In this document: positions 56,543 through 64,000 of the stretch, in pieces
Layout: every line of letters begins with the position of its first letter
Numbering within the stretch: the first letter of the stretch is position 1
DNA from: an uncultured virus (IMG/VR IMGVR_UViG_3300014205_009245)
Lineage: Duplodnaviria > Heunggongvirae > Uroviricota > Caudoviricetes
Virus record (IMG/VR): IMGVR_UViG_3300014205_009245
DNA: 64,000 nt
Reading direction: 5' to 3' (one strand)
Program-made: the position numbers and the translations under genes
Notes under the pieces: generated by a model
Told to the model about the DNA's origin: nothing
The model's database searches: none
The model's input: only the letters and a program-made list of their open reading frames with translations

Positions 56543-56980
56543 TTAATTAGATGGTTGGGTAGATGGCTGACTGGTGGGCTCTTCAACGTTTTCTTTTGCC
56601 TTCTGCCAATCATCCCATATTATGTTTAATATGCCCTTCTGGGACCAAACAAATTCTTGTCCCACGCGAATAAACGCCATGGATCGCTCTTTTTGTATAT
56701 ATAGCCACTCAATATCATCGCGTTTATTAAATCCTTCCTGTAATGCAGCTGCCGCCGATTTGGAGTCTTGCTTTTCAACTGCTGAATTGACTTTGTTAGC
56801 AGTGGAATTAAGAACTTCTTGTTTTGCTACGCGTCCCATATCATCGAACGTCTTATTAAACCCAGACACACCGCGGCTGAGAGCATCTGCAGCAATGGGC
56901 TGAGTAGGAGCTGTGCATCCTAACATTACTACCATACTAAAAATAGCTGAAATAATTATATAATTTCTCATATTATGCAC
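56543..56980 (-). CDS. predicted lipoprotein
   Basis: Signal peptide with lipobox VMLGC; C-terminal PTSQPSTQPSN. Confidence 0.75.
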   Translation of the reverse strand: MHNMRNYIIISAIFSMVVMLGCTAPTQPIAADALSRGVSGFNKTFDDMGRVAKQEVLNSTANKVNSAVEKQDSKSAAAALQEGFNKRDDIEWLYIQKERSMAFIRVGQEFVWSQKGILNIIWDDWQKAKENVEEPTSQPSTQPSN

Positions 56981-57296
56981 CTCTCATCATGAATCCGGCT
57001 ATGAAACCTTTGATGTATTCAATCGCCTTTTCTTTTTGGATGGCTTCTGCATACCCTTGATAGACGGCATTAATATCCTCATCGGAAATGCCTCCACCAG
57101 TTTGAATCGTAACAGTGCCACCAATTTGAAAATGCTCTGGACCCGCAGCGGGTTTCACTGCCCCTGGAGCAGTGTTCTGTAACCTATACCATTCCTTGGC
57201 AATCTCAAGGAATTTGCCGAACAACTCCGGCATGCTTTGTAGCCACTCTAAAAATTGTGCATTAATCTGAGCGGCAGTGTTAGGTGCTTCTGCCAT
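56973..57296 (-). CDS. hypothetical protein
   Basis: Start reassigned to MAEAPN (AAGGAG RBS, upstream TATAAT). Confidence 0.65.
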   Translation of the reverse strand: MAEAPNTAAQINAQFLEWLQSMPELFGKFLEIAKEWYRLQNTAPGAVKPAAGPEHFQIGGTVTIQTGGGISDEDINAVYQGYAEAIQKEKAIEYIKGFIAGFMMRGA

Positions 57297-57336
57297 AACT
57301 GTATCTCCTTTATTACTGAACCGTATTATTATACAA

Positions 57337-58287
57337 TTATTTTCTGAATATACCTGCAAGAGATACACCACAACAATCTAATTGTTGAATCCTAGCCCCT
57401 GATTGCCGAGAAATCAAAACATTATCACACACTGAGCACCGAGTATCCCTGTAATATTTTATCTCAGAATTAAATATATTTGATATATACACATAATCCA
57501 ATTTTTGGGCAAACAAATCCCGAATAACCAATAATTGCCCAGGATTATATCTACCCTCTTGCTTTTGATAAAATGGATAGAAATAAATCAAGTGAATTGG
57601 GATAGATGTAGATAAATTAGATAGCCAATCTCGCATCAATGTATGATGTTGCATATTATCAATTTGTTCTGGAAGCACTAGATAGCTAATCTCTAGATGA
57701 CTACCTTTACCAATTAAAGATTCTACTGTCGCAAGAACAGGCTGAATAGACCCTGAACATATCGACTCATACGCAATATGATCGCCTTTTAGATCAATAT
57801 TCCACGCATCCGTCGCCATGTCTAAATCATCAAGAATATGTTTGTTTATGAAACCATTGGATTTGATCACAATTTTAAGGTCTGTATTCTTTACTCCATT
57901 GGCTACTTCCATGATATATTCATAGTGAATGGTAGGTTCATTGAATGTAAATGCAATACCTGAGACCTGTTTAGATAGAGCCAAATCTATCAATTCCCTT
58001 GGAGATCGGTGGGTTGTTTCTGATTGAACTGACTGTGAAATTTCAAAAGTTTGGCAAAATTTGCAGGCCAGCGAACATCCTAGTAGGCCAACTGCAAGAA
58101 AATCTTCACCTGGCAAAAAATGAAAAAGAGGGCGCTTCTCGATTGGCTCGGTTGCCAACAAGGTACATTCACCCTCGTATATGGGAATTATCCTGCCGCC
58201 AACATTTTGTCTAACAAGACATTTACCTGTCTCGCCAGGTAATAGGCTACAATTGTGTGGACATATGTGACAATTACTTCGTTCCAA
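57337..58287 (-). CDS. amrS: AmmeMemoRadiSam system radical SAM enzyme
   Basis: CHICPHNC...G.CLVR.N, EPIEKRPLFHFLPG, GCSLACKFCQ, AFTFNEPT, NIDLKG, TRCSVC. Confidence 0.9.
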   Translation of the reverse strand: MERSNCHICPHNCSLLPGETGKCLVRQNVGGRIIPIYEGECTLLATEPIEKRPLFHFLPGEDFLAVGLLGCSLACKFCQTFEISQSVQSETTHRSPRELIDLALSKQVSGIAFTFNEPTIHYEYIMEVANGVKNTDLKIVIKSNGFINKHILDDLDMATDAWNIDLKGDHIAYESICSGSIQPVLATVESLIGKGSHLEISYLVLPEQIDNMQHHTLMRDWLSNLSTSIPIHLIYFYPFYQKQEGRYNPGQLLVIRDLFAQKLDYVYISNIFNSEIKYYRDTRCSVCDNVLISRQSGARIQQLDCCGVSLAGIFRK

Positions 58288-58681
58288 TGTTGTCCCATCT
58301 AATATTTAGCCATGTTGTTGATATTACGTCTCCCCAATCATCTCCGCTGTCTAAAGTGTTAATACTTGCCATGAATCCCATATCTAAGAATTCTTGTTTT
58401 ACTATTTCATATATAGGGTCGTTGCTTATTATAACATGAATTAGACAATATCCATTGTTGGATGCTTCCCAAATTAAATCCCCATATTTTTCTACTAAGG
58501 AATTAATTCTATCTCGCTCGGCTGTTTTTTCCTTCTCTTTCTCTGCTTCGTCCTTTGTTTTTTGCTCTGCCTCGAATGCTTGTTGCTCTTGCACTGCACT
58601 TCGATACCGAGTTAAAACACGACTTAAAAAGTTCTCCATCATTTGTCGCTCCCGTTTATTTTCCGACATACCCCGTTGCAT
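58274..58681 (-). CDS. hypothetical protein
   Basis: 135-aa ORF with charged coiled segment, operonic. Confidence 0.6.
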   Translation of the reverse strand: MQRGMSENKRERQMMENFLSRVLTRYRSAVQEQQAFEAEQKTKDEAEKEKEKTAERDRINSLVEKYGDLIWEASNNGYCLIHVIISNDPIYEIVKQEFLDMGFMASINTLDSGDDWGDVISTTWLNIRWDNIGTK

Positions 58682-59384
58682 TACTCCAAAACAATTGGTC
58701 TAGTTCGTCTATCCCTACTTCTAATGCTTTAGCATAATCTTGCAGTTTCTTCTCAATATTATAGTATTTGTCACGAGTCAAAGGCGAGTAATTTTCTATT
58801 AATCCTCGCTCTTGCATGGATCTTAATATATGCACATCAAGAATGGCCAATCCTCGCATACCTATATTCCTGAGGAAATGACTAGCCAGCTTAAAAGACA
58901 TACCGTTAATTTCACCTATGAGCCATGTCCGAGCACGAAGCAGCACTCTGTATCTGACATCTTTCTCTGATTTATGATATTCTTCAGATTTTTGTTTTAA
59001 AATTTTCCAAAAATCGGTACGATAGAATTTTTCTCGGGACTTCCATATATATTCCGACTTCCGATTATGAAATCGAACTTTACCCCGCAATATTTCTGAC
59101 AGCTGTTTTATAGGTATATCTTCCTCATAATATTTCAAAGTTCGCAATTTATCGCACACCTTCTCGGCCTCAGACTGCCTGCTCTGAGGAACCAAAAGGC
59201 AGAATACTAGCATGTAAAAAACATCTCTGCGAGTGCTTTCATCAACTTTGTTTAACATGCCCGTTGTAAAATTAACTAGAGCATCTGATATCAGATGCTC
59301 TTTGCGATTAAACCCCTGCCTATCTCTTTTGATCCAATCATCCAAATGGACTGCGACATTAGCCATCGGTACCTCCCACATCAA
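58656..59384 (-). CDS. ogg: 8-oxoguanine DNA glycosylase/AP lyase (Ogg2, HhH-GPD type)
   Basis: FCLL.PQ, VRFHNRK, GMSFKLASHFLRNIG, AILDVHILR, Y..IE, C-terminal TGYVGK. Confidence 0.92.
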   Translation of the reverse strand: MMWEVPMANVAVHLDDWIKRDRQGFNRKEHLISDALVNFTTGMLNKVDESTRRDVFYMLVFCLLVPQSRQSEAEKVCDKLRTLKYYEEDIPIKQLSEILRGKVRFHNRKSEYIWKSREKFYRTDFWKILKQKSEEYHKSEKDVRYRVLLRARTWLIGEINGMSFKLASHFLRNIGMRGLAILDVHILRSMQERGLIENYSPLTRDKYYNIEKKLQDYAKALEVGIDELDQLFWSNATGYVGK

Positions 59385-59398
59385 ATTTAATTTCGTTT

Positions 59399-59982
59399 AT
59401 TCGTTTTGCTCGACGAAATGTCTCAATTCGGGCAATTGCGGATTCACAGAATGATATTTCTTTTTCTATCCCCACAAACACTCTTTTACTGTTCAGGCAA
59501 CGGCAGTTGTGCCGCTTCCTATACAGTTATCTAGAACAATATCTCCTTGATTAGTGTACGTTCTGATAAGATATTCAAATAGTTCTACTGGTTTTTGATT
59601 AGGATGTATCTTTTGTGGAGAATCGTTATTTACAACAGGAAAATACAGAATCGATGTGGGATATCTTTCAGTAGAACCCCCGCCAGAAAATCCTGGATCA
59701 GTTTCTCCATATACAGTGCCAGATGTGCGCTTAGTAAAATTATGAACCGGATCGTGACCTCTAATTTTCACTCCATCCCCCCAGAAGATTAAAAATATCT
59801 TCATCCCCAGATCCTCTACAGTAAACACAGCGTCGAACTTTTATAAAATCAACGTCGTTCAATTCAATATATCGACCGGCAGCGACATGCCGATTCTCTT
59901 TTTGTATCTCTTTTAATTCTTCAATAGATATGGCTCCAGCAGATAATTGTGCCTCGACCATTCCCTTTGTCTCTTCGTTCAT
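59399..59982 (-). pseudogene. fragmented N6/N4 DNA methyltransferase (beta class)
   Basis: RYPTSIL, HPNQKPVELFEYLIRTYT..GDIVLDNCIGSGTTAVA then stop; NSKRVFVGIEK and FCESAIARI continue in shifted frames; DPPY region missing. Confidence 0.8.
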
Positions 59983-60959
59983 TGTTGTTTCTCCACCAAG
60001 GTTAGCGTCAAACCATCTGGAATAATTATCTGATTATCTTCACATTCAGAAGTTTTACTCTTAAATGAGTCACATTTATTTCGCTTTCGAACTACTGAAA
60101 ATACATCATAATTAACCACGACAAGTTCGCTCTCTTCTATTTCTCTTTTCCCAGATTCTGCGGCAGAAGAATACAACATTGGACTTGTTCTAAAAATGTG
60201 GTAATTTTGATAAAGTTCCAATACTTCTGGAACATCATCATACGTAATCATGAACTTATTCCCCAGGTTGTGTATATTGTCACAGTATTTTTTTAGATCT
60301 TTATGGTCCTGTGCTCCAAATGTAAATTCATAGTACCCTGTATCATCAGCTACAAAATACGGTGGGTCCATTATAAAAAACACACCACCATATTCCTTTC
60401 CACTATTATTTTTATTATATCTTTCAATAAATTCACGGAAATCAAGACTCTCAATTATTGCATTATTAACTCTAAACCTTTCCACTAATGGCTCAAAATC
60501 ATAATTCATATTATTACGAGGTTTTATAGAATAACCGGCAGATGATTGCGAACTAAAACTGTTCTTAACTAAGTAATAGTATCGAAATGCCTTCATAGCA
60601 GGAGACATTTTATCTATTTCTTCTTGTGAAATTTTTTGTATTTCAACAAAATAGGACCTAGACGATGGCATAGTGCGAACGTAGTTTATAAATTCATCGG
60701 TATCGGCAGACGTAAAAGGATAAACACCGGCAATAACTTTCATTAAGTGTACGAGATTTAGATTTATATCATTAATTACTTCTCGTTTAGACATTTTTGG
60801 CGGCTTGCCAGCCCATATTGTAAAAGAGCCACCAAACACTTCGCAGTAGCACTCATGTTTTGGCATAATTGAATAAATTGTCGGGCGCATTTTGCTCTTG
60901 CCGCCGACCCACCCAATAGGAGCCGATGCAACTGGAGATATGACTTTGTTAACTATCAT
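59979..60959 (-). CDS. DNA adenine methyltransferase (Dam/D12 family)
   Basis: WVGGKS, EVFGGS, EVINDIN, ESLDF, DPPY, MITYD. Confidence 0.92.
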   Translation of the reverse strand: MIVNKVISPVASAPIGWVGGKSKMRPTIYSIMPKHECYCEVFGGSFTIWAGKPPKMSKREVINDINLNLVHLMKVIAGVYPFTSADTDEFINYVRTMPSSRSYFVEIQKISQEEIDKMSPAMKAFRYYYLVKNSFSSQSSAGYSIKPRNNMNYDFEPLVERFRVNNAIIESLDFREFIERYNKNNSGKEYGGVFFIMDPPYFVADDTGYYEFTFGAQDHKDLKKYCDNIHNLGNKFMITYDDVPEVLELYQNYHIFRTSPMLYSSAAESGKREIEESELVVVNYDVFSVVRKRNKCDSFKSKTSECEDNQIIIPDGLTLTLVEKQQ

Positions 60960-62125
60960 AGGTTAAGATACTTCGTGTCGTTTCTGTCTGGACCATAACT
61001 TAATATTGTCACGGGTACTCCGGATTTTTCCTCAATTATTTCAATATATTTCATTAATGCCGGATCCTCTATTGTATTCCAGCCAGGTGTATATTTCAAC
61101 TCACCATCGGTATCGATAAACCCAATTCTATCTATCCCGCATAATGTATCCGCATGCATAAGGGCGATTTCTGTTGTTCCAGTAACATCAATGGCATATT
61201 TCAATAATCGGAAATCTACCCATCCAATTCTTCGAGGCCGTCCTGTTGTTGTGCCATATTCGTTGCCTTTTTCTCTAATACGATCAGCAATTTCTTTGCA
61301 TAGAGCAAACCTTAGATCTAAATGATATGAATTTATAATACCAAGTTCACCAGGAAATGGTCCTTCTCCGACTCGGGTGGTATAACACTTCATGACTCCT
61401 ATAATACGATCTAAATGAAGATTAGGCAAACCACAGGATTGAGGAATCGCAGATGGGCCAACTCCAGAGCTTGTAACATATGGATATGAAAATCCATGAT
61501 CGACATCCAATCCGATACCTTGCGCTCCCTCAAAAAGAATATTTCGGCCATCTTTTACATCTTTACGAAGCTTCTCGCCAGTATCACAAATAAACGGATA
61601 CAGCATATCAGCAGCGGTTTTATAATCTGTCCACAACTTGTTTCCATGAAATATTTCGTCAGTAGCAAAAAAATTCTGAAATTTCGCATCGATTAGTTTT
61701 CGAACCAAATCCCCCATTCTAATTGCGTTCCATCTGTGCATCTTATCTGCATAGCATGGACCTATGCCTTTCTTGGTAGTCCCTATTCCATCCCCCTGTT
61801 TTGCATCACATACTATATGCCAAGGCATAACAGCATGTGCTCTATCGCTGATAAATAGCGGAGCGGAAGTTTTATAATTTTGGATTTCCTTGGCCAGAGA
61901 AATTGGGTTTAAAACCATGCCATTGGCCAATACACTTTCCTTGCCTGATAAATATCCGGTCGGTAATTGATGTAATTTATAGGTTTTATCATTAAATCGA
62001 ACTGTATGTCCAGCATTAGCGCCACCCGAGTATCTAACTACAATATCGTAGTCGGATGAGAGTAAATCAGTAATTTTCCCTTTGGCCTCGTCGCCGAAAA
62101 ACAAGCCCACTATAGATGTGTTCAA
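60956..62125 (-). CDS. purA: adenylosuccinate synthetase
   Basis: GDEAKGK, GGANAGHT, IGTTKKGIGPCYADK, FEGAQG, YPYVTSS, EYGTTTGRPRR. Confidence 0.95.
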   Translation of the reverse strand: MNTSIVGLFFGDEAKGKITDLLSSDYDIVVRYSGGANAGHTVRFNDKTYKLHQLPTGYLSGKESVLANGMVLNPISLAKEIQNYKTSAPLFISDRAHAVMPWHIVCDAKQGDGIGTTKKGIGPCYADKMHRWNAIRMGDLVRKLIDAKFQNFFATDEIFHGNKLWTDYKTAADMLYPFICDTGEKLRKDVKDGRNILFEGAQGIGLDVDHGFSYPYVTSSGVGPSAIPQSCGLPNLHLDRIIGVMKCYTTRVGEGPFPGELGIINSYHLDLRFALCKEIADRIREKGNEYGTTTGRPRRIGWVDFRLLKYAIDVTGTTEIALMHADTLCGIDRIGFIDTDGELKYTPGWNTIEDPALMKYIEIIEEKSGVPVTILSYGPDRNDTKYLNL

Positions 62126-62138
62126 TTTATTCTCCCTT

Positions 62139-63005
62139 TTATTTTAAGCATAGTGCTCCCTCTCGTATCCATGAGTAAGCAACCGTTCCATCGCCAAATA
62201 CAACTAATTGCCTAACAAAATCCTTGTGCCTATTATGTTTAGTTACGTAATCAGTAAACCTTAATATATTTCCTTTGTAATCAAATACTCCACCGCCCCA
62301 CGAATGGCTATGACACAATTTGGCGTTTCTATTCAACCACCATTTAATCCCCCACATACCCAATCTCGATGGAGTATATTTGTTGCGAGTCCCATCTGGA
62401 TTTCCAATCGCCCATGATGTGATATTGTCAACTCCATATCGAATCAGTCGTTCAACAGCACATGCGTATTCATCGGCGCAATCAATTCCGCCTTTCCTTA
62501 AAAGAAGAGTGCACCTAACACCTAACCCATACGCACTAATATTACTAAATATATGGCTAAATTCTGGATATTCAAAAATATTATATGCCTCTGCCTGTCT
62601 ATACCGAATAGGGCTATGGATAGAAACTGCGATATTTGTCATACCTAATTCTTTCCAAATTGGTAAATAACTTCTGCAGAAGACATCATCGCCTATTAAT
62701 ATTCCATTTGTAAACAAGTTTACATTGGGGAAATAAGCGCCTTGATATGCGCATTTTTGGTATACTTTTAACGCATTAGTGACCGCATCTGGCTCACACG
62801 TAGGTTCTCCGGAACTAGTAAGGGATAGTGACCATCCACCATATCTTGCAGATAATTTTATAGCGGATTCGAGGTTTTTATTATATTTCATCACGTCGCA
62901 AAACTGCGACCGCAGATATTTTCCGGCACAGAATGAACAATTTGCATTGCATTTGCCAGTTCCCACAACTGCTGAAACGCTATAAATCTTTTCAATGCAT
63001 GCCAT
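62139..63005 (-). CDS. radical SAM protein of unknown function
   Basis: CNANCSFC, SSGEPT, LFTNG; start reassigned to MACIEK. Confidence 0.85.
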   Translation of the reverse strand: MACIEKIYSVSAVVGTGKCNANCSFCAGKYLRSQFCDVMKYNKNLESAIKLSARYGGWSLSLTSSGEPTCEPDAVTNALKVYQKCAYQGAYFPNVNLFTNGILIGDDVFCRSYLPIWKELGMTNIAVSIHSPIRYRQAEAYNIFEYPEFSHIFSNISAYGLGVRCTLLLRKGGIDCADEYACAVERLIRYGVDNITSWAIGNPDGTRNKYTPSRLGMWGIKWWLNRNAKLCHSHSWGGGVFDYKGNILRFTDYVTKHNRHKDFVRQLVVFGDGTVAYSWIREGALCLK

Positions 63006-63006
63006 T

Positions 63007-63813
63007 TCAAAACTCCATCTGAATGTCTTCTTTTTCAGTCGATTGAAGTATCCAATTATCATTTTGGCAGCAATATCCACAAAGGTAGTCGTTACTGCAT
63101 GCGCCGGTATCTATTAATCGCAATTTTCCGGATGCGATTGGCGTCGGCGAATTATAGCATTTTACCGGTGAGTGACCGAATACTCCAATTTTGTCCCAAA
63201 CGTGATCTTGTATAAGCAAATTCCCAGACACATCTTGCATAAACCTATCCCATAAAGATGCGTATAATAATTGTAAATTAGGGCTAGTAGTATTCAGACT
63301 ATTATTTTCCAATCCCCAATGAGGGGGATAGTAACCATGACACGCAAAATGGGTTTTATTCTCCCACCATAATACAAGATCATCCTTTACGAATTTTTTA
63401 TGAGAATCTGGAATATTTTTACGAAATTCAATCCCTACTTGATCTAAATTTGCACCTAAAGACAAATGTGATTTCATGCCATAACTTATGGCCGTCTCGT
63501 CGAAGCCATTACATTTCCACCATTCAATTAATTGTTGCATTTCTGGTGGTTTTTGTGGAAAATAAACAGCAACCGTGCAAGATCCGCCGTTTATTATTTC
63601 ATCAATCACATCATCGTGGTTGCCCCTGAGGCAGACCGCACCGCCAGATTGTAATTGAATTAATAAATCAACGACTTTGTTAGAGTGCAGTCCTCTATCA
63701 AAATAATCACCCAGAAAAATAAATCGAGCACTTGAATCGACTTTACTTATTCTATCGATTAATCTTTGTAGAGTATAAAAACATCCGTGAATGTCGCCGA
63801 TGCACCAATCCAA
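63007..63813 (-). CDS. metallophosphoesterase (lambda Ser/Thr phosphatase / ApaH-like)
   Basis: GDIHG, GDYFDRG, LRGNHD, CHG, FGHSP, IDTG. Confidence 0.92.
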   Translation of the reverse strand: MDWCIGDIHGCFYTLQRLIDRISKVDSSARFIFLGDYFDRGLHSNKVVDLLIQLQSGGAVCLRGNHDDVIDEIINGGSCTVAVYFPQKPPEMQQLIEWWKCNGFDETAISYGMKSHLSLGANLDQVGIEFRKNIPDSHKKFVKDDLVLWWENKTHFACHGYYPPHWGLENNSLNTTSPNLQLLYASLWDRFMQDVSGNLLIQDHVWDKIGVFGHSPVKCYNSPTPIASGKLRLIDTGACSNDYLCGYCCQNDNWILQSTEKEDIQMEF

Positions 63814-63865
63814 TCATTACCTCTCTGATTCCGACAATAGAAATCTGCGTCTTTAGTAGATGATA

Positions 63866-64000
63866 TTATGCTCTTATTCTTATCTTAATTTTTCCATCTT
63901 CTGTTGTTTTCTGAACTTTAATTTTTTTGAATCCCATTTTTGCACATTGCTTAATAGCTTTATGCTTGCCATAAATCTGCTTTAACTTTTTCATAAAATC
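63866..64000 (-). CDS. DUF1257/Ycf35-like protein, C-terminal part (truncated by the window edge)
   Basis: Manual translation DFMKKLKQIYGKHKAIKQCAKMGF...TEDGKIKIRIRA* resembles the DUF1257 C-terminus. Confidence 0.55.
   Translation of the reverse strand, partial: DFMKKLKQIYGKHKAIKQCAKMGFKKIKVQKTTEDGKIKIRIRA

Noticed and set aside
56543..57296. Spanin or lysis cassette
   Set aside because: A lipoprotein is present, but the upstream ORF lacks an N-terminal transmembrane helix and no endolysin or holin is adjacent
60956..62125. Possible PurZ (2-aminoadenine, Z-genome pathway)
   Set aside because: It retains the PurA catalytic Asp in GDEAKGK (Ser in PurZ) and the PurA-type EYGTTTGRPRR loop; no datZ or mazZ nearby
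1362..62985. Numerous short (60-130 aa) ORFs antisense to or nested in long genes
   Set aside because: Shadow ORFs of well-supported genes with no motifs or RBS

Overview
AT-rich, gene-dense window with almost every gene on the minus strand. The gene mix (topA, thyX, dCMP deaminase, purA, Dam-type methylase, Ogg2 glycosylase, metallophosphoesterase, many orphan ORFs, sigma70-like promoters, no ribosomal or core cell-division genes) looks most like a jumbo/huge phage or another large extrachromosomal element. No virion gene is visible, so this is inference. Three parts stand out. (1) 2.7-9.3 kb: a divergent TROVE/Ro60-like vWA protein and a conserved partner ORF, near a promoter-driven array of small structured RNAs. 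Three of these RNAs share a covarying two-stem scaffold with conserved CCUAA / UACAAAC / ACU motifs but carry different cargo, one being a tRNA-like cloverleaf; the array also holds a CCA-ending mini-tRNA. This is the best candidate for an undescribed system. (2) About 10.6-56.3 kb: a very large glycan biosynthesis and modification island with about 17 glycosyltransferase-like genes, NDP-sugar enzymes, methyltransferases, B12 radical SAMs, three adjacent ThDP-enzyme systems, a PanB homologue, an altered DAHP-synthase-like aldolase next to a cytidylyltransferase, an intein in gmd, and a solo-tnpB IS200/IS605 element. (3) 56.5-64 kb: lipoprotein, AmrS radical SAM, DNA repair/modification and nucleotide genes. 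All calls come from motif recognition by eye; no database searches were run.
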